In this document: positions 1 to 8,575 of the stretch, in pieces
Position numbering within the stretch: position 1 is the stretch's first letter
Layout of the letters: the number at the start of each line of letters is the position of its first letter
Source: a virus
Taxonomy: Duplodnaviria > Caudoviricetes
Reading direction: 5' to 3' (one strand)
IMG/VR virus record: IMGVR_UViG_3300032167_000006
Length of the DNA stretch: 64,000 nt
Position numbers and translations under genes: made by a program
The notes under the pieces: generated by a model
Database searches by the model: none
What the model saw: the letters and a program-made list of their open reading frames with translations, nothing else
Told to the model about the DNA's origin: nothing

Positions 1-74
1 CGACCTGGATGGGGTTCGAACCCACGACCTCTAGCGTGACAGGCTAGCGTTCTAACCAACTGAACTACCAGGCC
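1..74 (-). tRNA. tRNA-Asp(GTC), 3' end cut by window edge
   Basis: Revcomp GGCCTGGTAGTTCAGTTGGTTAGAACGCTAGCCT-GTC-ACGCTAGAGGTCGTGGGTTCGAACCCCATCCAGGTCG; cloverleaf with GTTCGA T-loop. Confidence 0.95.
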
Positions 75-84
75 GTTTTAAATT

Positions 85-231
85 AATAAGGCTGTTCATC
101 TCACTCCATTTACTACTGCTGCTGGGTTCCGTCAAGGTATCCATATTTCGCAATTAGATTCCTCCGAGCATTACCTCGTGTACTTTATTTAACTCTAATC
201 ACTACCTTCTGTCTGGCTTCGTAGCACCTTA
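85..231 (-). ncRNA. Putative structured ncRNA, family copy 1
   Basis: 5' block TAAGGTGCTACGAAGC and 3' block GCAGTAGTAAATGGAGTGAGATGAACAGCCTTA shared with two other copies; ends pair; strand inferred from flanking tRNAs. Confidence 0.6.
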
Positions 232-299
232 CATTTAAGTCGTATTGCTACGACTCAAGTTTGATCTACGTAGGGGATCATAGATCATTTTAAATTTAT

Positions 300-414
300 T
301 AAGGCTGTTCATCAAACTCCATTTACTACAGCACACAGCTGAAAAGTAGTATTACTTATTTTCCACGTTTGAAACGGTCCTTGCCTCATACTATCAGCCA
401 CGTAGCACCTTATT
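300..414 (-). ncRNA. Putative structured ncRNA, family copy 2
   Basis: Same conserved end blocks, different core (GCTGA/TCAGC stem). Confidence 0.6.
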
Positions 415-422
415 AAATTTAT

Positions 423-498
423 TGGCTCCCCAAGTTGGACTCGAACCAACGACTCTGCGGTTAACAGCCGCATGCTCTACCGACTGAGCTATTGAGGA
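423..498 (-). tRNA. tRNA-Asn(GTT)
   Basis: TCCTCAATAGCTCAGTCGGTAGAGCATGCGGCT-GTT-AACCGCAGAGTCGTTGGTTCGAGTCCAACTTGGGGAGCCA. Confidence 0.96.
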
Positions 499-583
499 AT
501 GTTTAGGGATAAGTGATAGGAGGTTCACGCATGAACCTCCTAGATTATGGGCCCCACGAGCATTCATAATACGATCACTTAAG

Positions 584-659
584 TGGCTCCCCCTGTTGGA
601 CTCGAACCAACGACTCTGCGGTTAACAGCCGCATGCTCTACCGACTGAGCTAAGGAGGA
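584..659 (-). tRNA. tRNA-Asn(GTT), second copy
   Basis: Same body as 423-498, with compensatory acceptor-stem changes; encoded CCA. Confidence 0.96.
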
Positions 660-664
660 ATGTT

Positions 665-808
665 TATTTGGTCGGTGCGCACCTACTACCTGAAGCATCT
701 GCAACCTTTTAAGCTATTATCGAGGATTTTATAAAACATAATCGCGATAGCAAACATATTATGCAACCGCAATTATATGAGCTCAACCCCGTCAGGTTTC
801 AACCAAAT
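665..808 (-). ncRNA. Putative ~145-nt hairpin ncRNA
   Basis: ATTTGGTTG/CGACCAAAT terminal stem and ACCTGA/TCAGGT inner stem; GC-richer than the genome; between tRNAs. Confidence 0.4.
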
Positions 809-837
809 GTAGGCTTTATCCACTAAAAGAAAAAGAA

Positions 838-1061
838 GCATTCTTTAGATTTGCGTTAGCCGCTGTATACGGTAAAACTCTCTGTGTGGCGAACGACATG
901 AGTTGCAAAGCACTTGATCCTACAGCAGTCTCCCACCTTAAAGAGCTAAGCTGCAACGATGTAATAACAAGTGATGTTAAATACAAAAATCCAATAACTT
1001 TTGTTAATACATCCAAAATTATTTTAACAAGCAACCATGCGGTTCTACCTTCTAAGAATGC
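838..1061 (-). ncRNA. Putative ~225-nt structured ncRNA
   Basis: GCATTCTTAGA/TCTAAAGAATGC closing stem; internal TTGTTAA/TTAACAA and GTTGCA/TGCAAC stems. Confidence 0.35.
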
Positions 1062-1072
1062 AAAAGGAGAAA

Positions 1073-1159
1073 TGGTGCCGGTGACCAGACTCGAACTGGT
1101 ACGGTATTGCTACCACAGGATTTTAAGTCCTGGGTGTCTGCCAATTCCACCACACCGGC
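1073..1159 (-). tRNA. tRNA-Leu(TAA)
   Basis: GCCGGTGTGGTGGAATTGGCAGACACCCAGGACT-TAA-AATCCTG, long variable arm, GTTCGAGTC, ends ACCA. Confidence 0.96.
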
Positions 1160-1170
1160 ATTTGTAAAAT

Positions 1171-1280
1171 GTATATAATAAGGCCGTTCATTTCACTCCA
1201 TTTACTACTGCTCCTGTAATCCTTAGAATAGTCTTTGAGCTCCAAGACGTCTATAGGCTTCGTAGCACCTTATTATATAC
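1171..1280 (-). ncRNA. Putative structured ncRNA, family copy 3
   Basis: Perfect 13-bp terminal inverted repeat GTATATAATAAGG/CCTTATTATATAC plus the conserved blocks. Confidence 0.6.
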
Positions 1281-1325
1281 TAAAAGAAAAGCACATATAA
1301 AAGAATTCTTATATACATACACATA

Positions 1326-1358
1326 TATATTATATAATTAAATATACGTACTTTTACA
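1326..1358 (-). promoter_or_regulatory. Putative promoter of tRNA/ncRNA cluster
   Basis: 33 bp identical to 18281-18313; contains TATAATAT motif. Confidence 0.6.
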
Positions 1359-1369
1359 TATTCATTATT

Positions 1370-1990
1370 TTAAATGTTCCTTATCCCATATAATTGTATT
1401 TTTATATCTTTATTTAATATATCATTTACTTCATTAATAGGGATGTCACAAACATCGATATCATCAACAGGTTTAAAATGATTAAGTATATGAATAGCAA
1501 TAATTGCCTGATTCCATCTTTGAATTGTAGCCATAGCTGTAGTTAATAATCCGCCAGGCATAGGTTCTGTTGTTAAATAAAATACTTCAACTATTTTCCT
1601 AATAGCGTCATAGTATATAGAATTTCCAATTATAATTTTTAACTTATATGGATCAGTTTCTTCTGGTTCGTTTTCAGTTAAAAAATTAAAATAATCAACA
1701 AATATTACAAGTACTTTCTTACCATTGAATATTAAGAAATCATAACACTCTGTAGCATCATTTCCAACCATACCGGTAATAAAACGTACTTCATATTCAT
1801 CTACTATAATATCACTAATTTTTTGATACTGATTTGAATTTGGATCTTCTTTACATCCATTATTAAGTAGAATTAATTTAAGTATATTATCGATTTCTTC
1901 ATAATCAGTATCTATATTATAATAGGTAAATCCTTTAAGTAATTCATCATAGAATATCTCTATAGGATTAAACCCGTATTTTCCTTTCAT
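1370..1990 (-). CDS. Hypothetical protein
   Basis: 206-aa ORF overlapping the upstream stop. Confidence 0.75.
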   Translation of the reverse strand: MKGKYGFNPIEIFYDELLKGFTYYNIDTDYEEIDNILKLILLNNGCKEDPNSNQYQKISDIIVDEYEVRFITGMVGNDATECYDFLIFNGKKVLVIFVDYFNFLTENEPEETDPYKLKIIIGNSIYYDAIRKIVEVFYLTTEPMPGGLLTTAMATIQRWNQAIIAIHILNHFKPVDDIDVCDIPINEVNDILNKDIKIQLYGIRNI

Positions 1991-2304
1991 TCAATCGCCT
2001 CCATAGGATTTATTACATCATCCCAAGTTGAATCGCCTACTTCTAAAGCATGAGGTGAATAATCAAACATAATTTCTCTTAATCGTGTTAATGGAATAAA
2101 TCCTTTCCACGTTGGCATCATTTTAAATACTGAATTGCAATTACAGCACATTCCTTCTGCATTATAATCCAATTCAGAATGATCTATAGTTTCTCCATCT
2201 GCATTTGTAAGAAACTTTCTAAGTTGACTTTCAAGTACGACAAATTGTTTATGCCCACATTTAGGACAAGCTCCAGAAGGAACAATATTAACCATCTCAA
2301 TCAT
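1987..2304 (-). CDS. Zn-ribbon protein
   Basis: CPKC...CCNC; GGAGG RBS; N-terminal EMVNIV motif. Confidence 0.75.
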   Translation of the reverse strand: MIEMVNIVPSGACPKCGHKQFVVLESQLRKFLTNADGETIDHSELDYNAEGMCCNCNSVFKMMPTWKGFIPLTRLREIMFDYSPHALEVGDSTWDDVINPMEAIE

Positions 2305-2332
2305 AAAAAATTACCTCCATATCAGAATTCAT

Positions 2333-2358
2333 AGGTAGAGAGTTTTAGTACTCTCTAC
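2333..2358. terminator. Intrinsic terminator-like hairpin
   Basis: GGTAGAGAG/CTCTCTACC inverted repeat between genes. Confidence 0.6.
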
Positions 2359-2378
2359 CGTAATATGAATTTTGTAAT

Positions 2379-2642
2379 TTATTTTTTCTGAGGTGGTGTG
2401 TATTTAATTTTTCGAATATCGCCCTTGATAAGTACAATAGCATCAGGTTTAGAGTCATTAGGATCTCTAACAATAGATGTGTATCTTTTTGGAACACCTC
2501 TAACTGATACGGTTCCAAATGAAGTATTAGGACCGTGTACTTTTATCTGTAAAGCTTCTTCTTCGGCTGAATATACGAAATATCTAAGATACATAGATGA
2601 TGCATTATTCATAGCACCAGCACCTCCGTTTTTATTAATCAA
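2379..2642 (-). CDS. Hypothetical protein
   Basis: 87-aa ORF; probable start at MNNASS after GGAGG. Confidence 0.65.
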   Translation of the reverse strand: MINKNGGAGAMNNASSMYLRYFVYSAEEEALQIKVHGPNTSFGTVSVRGVPKRYTSIVRDPNDSKPDAIVLIKGDIRKIKYTPPQKK

Positions 2643-4446
2643 ATCTTTCGTAATACATTAAACCATCACCAAAGATATCAAATCCGTCGATAAATTCTTC
2701 TTGTGAATAAGTAAATAACGAATAATCAACTAATTTCTTAGCGACTTGTATACACTCATTGAGCACCTCATTATTTTTCTGTTCATCTTTAATTGATCCT
2801 ACAATTCTACACATTTCTTTTTTAGCAATCATCTTATTATAAGTATCAATTACTTTAGCAAGATCCGATTCCCATGTTGATGGTTCAGTATATTCTGAGA
2901 AATGATTATCATATAATGAAACAAGTGGACAAACTGTACCACTGATTCCAGGATCAGAGTTAGAAGAACTATCTATATCAACTCTGCCAAGATGAGATGG
3001 ATGAATAGATCTATATGCATTTGATATTGCATTAGCTTTTTCACCAATACCAGATACACCTTTATATGTATATTTAAGTGCAGTAATAGCATCGAGATCA
3101 TTAACACAATCTTTATAGTTAACTAACTGACATTTGCTTATAGAATTAATCAGATACATAGGAGATATTTGTAAAGCTTTCTTAATCGTAGTAAGATCTG
3201 CTTTATCACCTTTATCAGAAATTCTATAAATACCAGTTGCTAACTTGGAAGCATAATAAGAAGCTATATATTCAGCCCATCTTATTTTCTTTGTAGATAT
3301 GTCAAGATTATCTTTCTGACGTAATGAGTTAAACTCATACATCATCCAACGAAGCACTCTATACACATCTGACTTATCTTCCATATCAAGTTTAAGATCA
3401 TTCATTGTTATATCATCATAAATAAAATCAAGTGAATTTAAGATATTATAACCTTTTTCATGTATACTATCAAAATCTTTTGTAGTGAATTCCATACCAA
3501 GAGATTTAACCCATTCACTATTAGTAAATACATCTGAGAAAGATATATTCTTTGTTACATTATAAACTGTATATAATGTATATACAAATGACTGAACCAC
3601 TTGAACAGAATCATACATTAATTTATTTACGACAATATATGCATCTTTTACAGGGAAAATATAATTATCATCAGAATTGAATTCTTTAAATGATTTGGTA
3701 AAATAAACACCTTTTATACCAAGAAATTTCATAGATTCATAAAATCCCATTTTTGCTAATATATATTTCATTAGCAATAAAGATTTCTTAAACATATTTC
3801 CTACAAAATATGTACATGGAATTGCTCGTCCATTTAAATCTTTAAGAGTATTCATATATCTATAAACTCTTATAGGCATAAAGATAGTTTTAAAAGTTAT
3901 AGATTGTTTCTTAGCATTCTTTGCAGCACTATTATTATAAGTACTAGCATCTACAATCTGATACATTGCAGAATACATATTTCCATTTAGTCTAAAATAG
4001 AAACCATCAACAATCCTAGGTATAGCAATATATACTGTGATATTATCGCTTACTAAACCATTCTTCTTTTCAAAAATTTGTATAAAATAATCAACTTTTA
4101 TAATTTTAAGGTCTGAATCTTTTAAATTAATAAAATTATATTGATTATCTTTTGCTTTATAAACACTTTTTCCATCTTCAGATTTTTTACCTTTGCTAAG
4201 AATATTATCTTCATATTCCCAAAGGATATGATTTACATCATCATAGTCATCAATAACCTGAAAATTAGTAATTTTAATTGTAAAGACAGAATCACGTTCG
4301 CATGAATATACTACAGCTTTAATAGCTTCAATAAGATCATCATCTGATCTTTGAAATAATTCTTTAGTGAATTTAGGTCTATGAGTATTATTAAAATTAT
4401 AAATAAATTCTCTTTGATTCATAATTAGCACCCCATAATATTGCAA
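2635..4446 (-). CDS. Phage multisubunit RNAP beta, N-terminal part (probably non-virion RNAP)
   Basis: YRSIHPSHLGRVD..SS.SDPG matches beta motif RDVHPTHYGR; YFRLNG; likely start 4422. Confidence 0.85.
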   Translation of the reverse strand: MQYYGVLIMNQREFIYNFNNTHRPKFTKELFQRSDDDLIEAIKAVVYSCERDSVFTIKITNFQVIDDYDDVNHILWEYEDNILSKGKKSEDGKSVYKAKDNQYNFINLKDSDLKIIKVDYFIQIFEKKNGLVSDNITVYIAIPRIVDGFYFRLNGNMYSAMYQIVDASTYNNSAAKNAKKQSITFKTIFMPIRVYRYMNTLKDLNGRAIPCTYFVGNMFKKSLLLMKYILAKMGFYESMKFLGIKGVYFTKSFKEFNSDDNYIFPVKDAYIVVNKLMYDSVQVVQSFVYTLYTVYNVTKNISFSDVFTNSEWVKSLGMEFTTKDFDSIHEKGYNILNSLDFIYDDITMNDLKLDMEDKSDVYRVLRWMMYEFNSLRQKDNLDISTKKIRWAEYIASYYASKLATGIYRISDKGDKADLTTIKKALQISPMYLINSISKCQLVNYKDCVNDLDAITALKYTYKGVSGIGEKANAISNAYRSIHPSHLGRVDIDSSSNSDPGISGTVCPLVSLYDNHFSEYTEPSTWESDLAKVIDTYNKMIAKKEMCRIVGSIKDEQKNNEVLNECIQVAKKLVDYSLFTYSQEEFIDGFDIFGDGLMYYERFD

Positions 4447-4808
4447 GAATAGTTTCTTATTGTGAAATTTAAACCATTAGGATCTTTAATAAATGATTCA
4501 TCGTTTTCATCTTCACCAATAAAGGCTTTGAATTTATTCCATTCATCTTCAGTTTGATCCTTATATCTATCTCTTAAATCTCCAATAATAGTAATTACAA
4601 CCCTCGTTTGAAATTCTCTAAATCCTTCGTCATCATAAATACTATGATTATGACCAGAAAGTACATTAACAAACACATCTGCAGGGCCTTCGCTACCTGT
4701 TATTTTTGGTGCTTTTTCAAGTAATTTTTCTACATGCTCTTTGATATTATCACTTTCAATATATGTGTCTACATCAAGAGATGCTGTTATATGTGTCCAC
4801 CAACTCAT
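4425..4808 (-). CDS. Hypothetical protein
   Basis: 127-aa ORF in operon. Confidence 0.75.
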   Translation of the reverse strand: MSWWTHITASLDVDTYIESDNIKEHVEKLLEKAPKITGSEGPADVFVNVLSGHNHSIYDDEGFREFQTRVVITIIGDLRDRYKDQTEDEWNKFKAFIGEDENDESFIKDPNGLNFTIRNYSCNIMGC

Positions 4809-4809
4809 A

Positions 4810-5436
4810 TTAAACTCTCCCTTCTGTAAGATCTATTACTATGGTTTGATGCATAGGATTAGGAGTATTTTCATCTCTATCTCTAATAGTAAGATCGACA
4901 GAAATATCAAGAGCATTACTAATACTAATCAATTTACCAAGTGTTATAGAATTACCTTTAAGTAATCTCATATCATTCTGAAATTGATCAAATCTATCTT
5001 CGTATTGTTTTGTATCTATACGCTTAAGATTAATAGCAGTCTTTAAAGCTCTCATTTCAGGAGTATCTTTTTCGCCTATTTTAAGACATAATACATTATC
5101 ACTAGTAGTCATTATTTCATCTTGTATATCGCGAATTATTTGCTGTTTTTCAAATACCTCTCCTATAGATTTAGGATTAGTAAAATCAATAATTTTATCC
5201 GGATCATATTCTGCCGTGTTATCCGGTTTTTCAACTATAGCTACCATAGCTCCATTTTGGTAATAAATACCAGGACCAGTTTCTCCAACTCTACTTTTTA
5301 TAGGTAAGATACATTCTCCTGGTCTTTCAATTGCTGTAAATTTTGGAGAATATAAATCTGGATGATCAGTATAATCATCCATATCAGTTACACTGTATAG
5401 TCTTCCATCAATTTCTGCTTTTTTCATCTCAGACAC
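4810..5436 (-). CDS. Hypothetical protein, possible C-terminal XRE-like HTH
   Basis: ITLGKLISISNALDISV resembles the end of an XRE HTH. Confidence 0.6.
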   Translation of the reverse strand: MSEMKKAEIDGRLYSVTDMDDYTDHPDLYSPKFTAIERPGECILPIKSRVGETGPGIYYQNGAMVAIVEKPDNTAEYDPDKIIDFTNPKSIGEVFEKQQIIRDIQDEIMTTSDNVLCLKIGEKDTPEMRALKTAINLKRIDTKQYEDRFDQFQNDMRLLKGNSITLGKLISISNALDISVDLTIRDRDENTPNPMHQTIVIDLTEGRV

Positions 5437-5495
5437 CTACTTTCAAAAAATAAAATAATTTGGGGCGAGAAATTAATCTCACCCCAATAATAATT

Positions 5496-6203
5496 TTACT
5501 TATCAAGCGCTGTATCGTCTTTAACAACCTGTTTCAGATGACCATCAGGAGTAATAGCAAATACTTTTTCTCCATCTTCTACTGAAACTGATGCTACAAA
5601 GTATCCAGGAAGCTCAATATCAACAACTTCGTCTTCTTTAGCTTCACGATCAAGTACCTGAAGAAGTGTATCTATTACAAGACCACAAGCATCAAACATG
5701 TACTGTGTATGCTGGAACTGAATAGATGCTACATCATAAGAAACTTTATCGAAGATAGCTTTAAAAGCATCTGAGCTATACAGATATTTCTTAAGAGACT
5801 TACTCTTCTCCAAAGTATCAAGAGTTTTAGAATCAAATGTCATTGTAAAACTCCAGTTACCAGGCTCATCAGGATTATCTTTATTTTCATGATATTCAAC
5901 AATACCTGCAAACTTAAAGTTGCCTGATGTGTCTACAAGAACAATAGCTACAGCTTCGTCTGCCTTCGAAACTTTAACCTTTGATAAATATGCTGCTGTT
6001 GCTGTAAAGAAAGACTTTACAATACGCTCAGGACGATCATCATCGCCAAAAGCAAAGCCAATACTATTACTATTGACTACAAATGCCTGATGCATCTCTG
6101 TTTCTTCATATGTCTTAGCCGCACCCATATTGCTGAACAAGCCAAGTGCATATGCTGAATTTTTGTACATTGCATCAAATGTTGTCTCTTTAAAATTTTT
6201 CAT
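5496..6203 (-). CDS. Putative HU/IHF-like DNA-binding protein
   Basis: C-terminal DIELPGYFVA...VFAITPDGHLKQVVK resembles the HU fold. Confidence 0.45.
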   Translation of the reverse strand: MKNFKETTFDAMYKNSAYALGLFSNMGAAKTYEETEMHQAFVVNSNSIGFAFGDDDRPERIVKSFFTATAAYLSKVKVSKADEAVAIVLVDTSGNFKFAGIVEYHENKDNPDEPGNWSFTMTFDSKTLDTLEKSKSLKKYLYSSDAFKAIFDKVSYDVASIQFQHTQYMFDACGLVIDTLLQVLDREAKEDEVVDIELPGYFVASVSVEDGEKVFAITPDGHLKQVVKDDTALDK

Positions 6204-6283
6204 TTTGGTTTTCCTCCATAAAATAATAATTAATGTATATCTTTATACTCAATTATATTATACATTTATAATTAAGTTTAAAG

Positions 6284-8575
6284 CTATTGTAAAACTATAT
6301 TATTTGCTTCTAAGAATCCAGATTTATTAAATACCGGAATTCCATACTTTTTAGCTTTCTGCACTTTTGATGAAATAGAATTGATATCATCTGCTATAAG
6401 TGCAAATGTATCTTTAGTTACAGAATATTTATCACTTGCATCAAATCCATTATTAATTAAAAGCTGGATGAATGCAGAATCTCTAAATCCTGTAATTGCT
6501 ATCCTTGGACCAGTAGATAATCCTTTAGAATTAATAATATGGAAATTATCTATACAATATTGTACATCTTTATCATATAATAAAAATCCTTCCACAATAG
6601 CATCCACTGTCTTTGGACCAATGCCATTTATATTAATTAATTTTTCATGATCAGTAAAGATTTGATGCATTAATTCTTGTAATGTGTAATTTCTAAAAAT
6701 TAATTTCCAAGTCTCATCTGCCATTCCATCAAAGCTGAAAGCTGACATAAGCTTATAATCCATTATTTCAGAATTTTTAAGTTGCTCTATATAAGATAGT
6801 AGATTTGAACTATTTATAGGTCCTAAAAATTGTACTTGCTCATAAGTTAAATTCATTAATTTACTAAATGAAGTTAATTTAAGAGCTCTAACTGTTTCTT
6901 CTGAGAAATCTTTAAAACCAAATCTATCAATCATATCAACCATTCTCATTATAGAACGTTCATAACATTTTACATTTGGGCATTTAGCAGATTTTCCAGA
7001 ATCAGATATAATTAATTCAGTACCACAACATGGACAATGAGTGATAAATTCAACAGGTTTTTCTTTTTGATCTCTATTATGCTGTGTGTCAGGTTTCGTA
7101 ATATAGGTGATTACGTCATTTACATAATCAATATCTATCTCGTCACCAACAGCAAGATTCAATTCTTTAAATCTTTTATATGAATGAATAGTCTGTTTGG
7201 TGTGAATACCTCCTATGAATTCACAGGCTTTAAAATGACACATCGGTATAATATCACCAGATTTACCAATAGAATATGAATATCCTAAGAATAAAGTTCT
7301 GGCGTTGCGAGGATTAAATTTAATTGCCATTGAATATTTATTAACTGAATTAATTCTACCAAGCCTATTAATTTTATCTTTATCGATAAATGATACTACA
7401 ACTCCATCTATCATATAAGGTAAAATCTTTCTAATAGTCTCTGCAGATTCTACAAACTGTTTGACCTGAAATAATATAGATTGATAGTCTCCTTTAAGAA
7501 TACAAAATCTATTATATTCTCCAGAATGATAATATTTATTTAAGAAATTAAGTTCGGGAATTCTATCCATCTCCAGAGATGTAGCTATTGGTATTAATGT
7601 AATATAATCTATGTAATTGTAAGCATCACTTGCACCACATAAACCAATTATTGCATTTCTTCCATTCTTATAACTCTTACCTCTGGCTTCTGATAAACGC
7701 TGAAGGTTATAATAAGTTATAACAGCCTCAAATTTCATGCCAAATGTAATATCTGTTGGTACATCTTTAGCATTATGAAATTTATATCCGCCAAATATTG
7801 GAGTTAAATCGGTTGCAATATTATCTCCAGTATCTCCACGAGATAGTGCGCTTATAATTGTATCTCCACATACTTCAGCCTCAACTGAAATACCATCATA
7901 TTTTAATTCAGCTACCATTTCAAATTCTTCATTTGGATATATTATTCCTTGATCCAAACACTTATGAATAAAATCCCTTTCAAATATCTGAACTGATGGT
8001 TTATCATATACGTTAGCTATAACAGCATCATTGTTTAAAACAAATTTACATTTATCTAACGTACCAACCAATTCTGGATATTTATGTTCTGTATTAATAA
8101 GTCTTTTAGTAATAGGTTCTCTAACTAAAAAGCACATATTAACAGGTCTCATCTCACGCAATGGAGTATGCTGTTTCCAAATATCTCTAGTAAATAATTT
8201 ATCATCCATATTATCTACAGCTACACACATTACTTTTTCAGTTTCAACTTCATTTTGAGGCTGCTCCTTGAATATTATAGGAGCAGCACCAACTTGATAG
8301 TTAGGATCATAGTTATAATACTTTACAGCCAGCTGATCATATATACCATCATCTAATGGAAGTAAAGTATTGCTTGTATTATTGTATGCAATATTACTAA
8401 TTCTTAATATTAAATTAGCCATATTAATCATACCTTCATTCCAATCTTGGCAATTAATTAAATTAACTGCCATGTTGCTAAGTTCTGCACAAGTTTTAGT
8501 ATCATTCAGTAGTTCTGGATTTCCTTTTTCCAACTCCGACAACATCTTTTCTAACTTGACCATATTCCTCACCAA
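6284..8575 (-). CDS. ligA: NAD-dependent DNA ligase
   Basis: ELKYDG adenylation motif, LSRGD, DGVV, C4 Zn finger, HhH, BRCT; likely start 8563. Confidence 0.95.
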   Translation of the reverse strand: MVRNMVKLEKMLSELEKGNPELLNDTKTCAELSNMAVNLINCQDWNEGMINMANLILRISNIAYNNTSNTLLPLDDGIYDQLAVKYYNYDPNYQVGAAPIIFKEQPQNEVETEKVMCVAVDNMDDKLFTRDIWKQHTPLREMRPVNMCFLVREPITKRLINTEHKYPELVGTLDKCKFVLNNDAVIANVYDKPSVQIFERDFIHKCLDQGIIYPNEEFEMVAELKYDGISVEAEVCGDTIISALSRGDTGDNIATDLTPIFGGYKFHNAKDVPTDITFGMKFEAVITYYNLQRLSEARGKSYKNGRNAIIGLCGASDAYNYIDYITLIPIATSLEMDRIPELNFLNKYYHSGEYNRFCILKGDYQSILFQVKQFVESAETIRKILPYMIDGVVVSFIDKDKINRLGRINSVNKYSMAIKFNPRNARTLFLGYSYSIGKSGDIIPMCHFKACEFIGGIHTKQTIHSYKRFKELNLAVGDEIDIDYVNDVITYITKPDTQHNRDQKEKPVEFITHCPCCGTELIISDSGKSAKCPNVKCYERSIMRMVDMIDRFGFKDFSEETVRALKLTSFSKLMNLTYEQVQFLGPINSSNLLSYIEQLKNSEIMDYKLMSAFSFDGMADETWKLIFRNYTLQELMHQIFTDHEKLININGIGPKTVDAIVEGFLLYDKDVQYCIDNFHIINSKGLSTGPRIAITGFRDSAFIQLLINNGFDASDKYSVTKDTFALIADDINSISSKVQKAKKYGIPVFNKSGFLEANNIVLQ

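Noticed and set aside
660-1070. tmRNA, RNase P or SRP RNA
   Set aside because: No tRNA-like T-arm end, no GAGGAAAGTCC, no SRP domain IV motif seen
816-1167. ORFs 816-1034 (-) and 886-1167 (+)
   Set aside because: They overlap tRNA-Leu or structured non-coding sequence and lack a convincing RBS
85-1280. CRISPR array or T-box reading of the repeated blocks
   Set aside because: Repeats are bipartite, irregularly spaced and separated by tRNAs; AAGGTGCTAC lacks the T-box UGGN bulge; no cas operon nearby
5230-5255. GAMVAIVE in the 208-aa protein (and KKVLCELKV in the 152-aa protein) as further tag copies
   Set aside because: Internal or imperfect matches that could be chance; not counted
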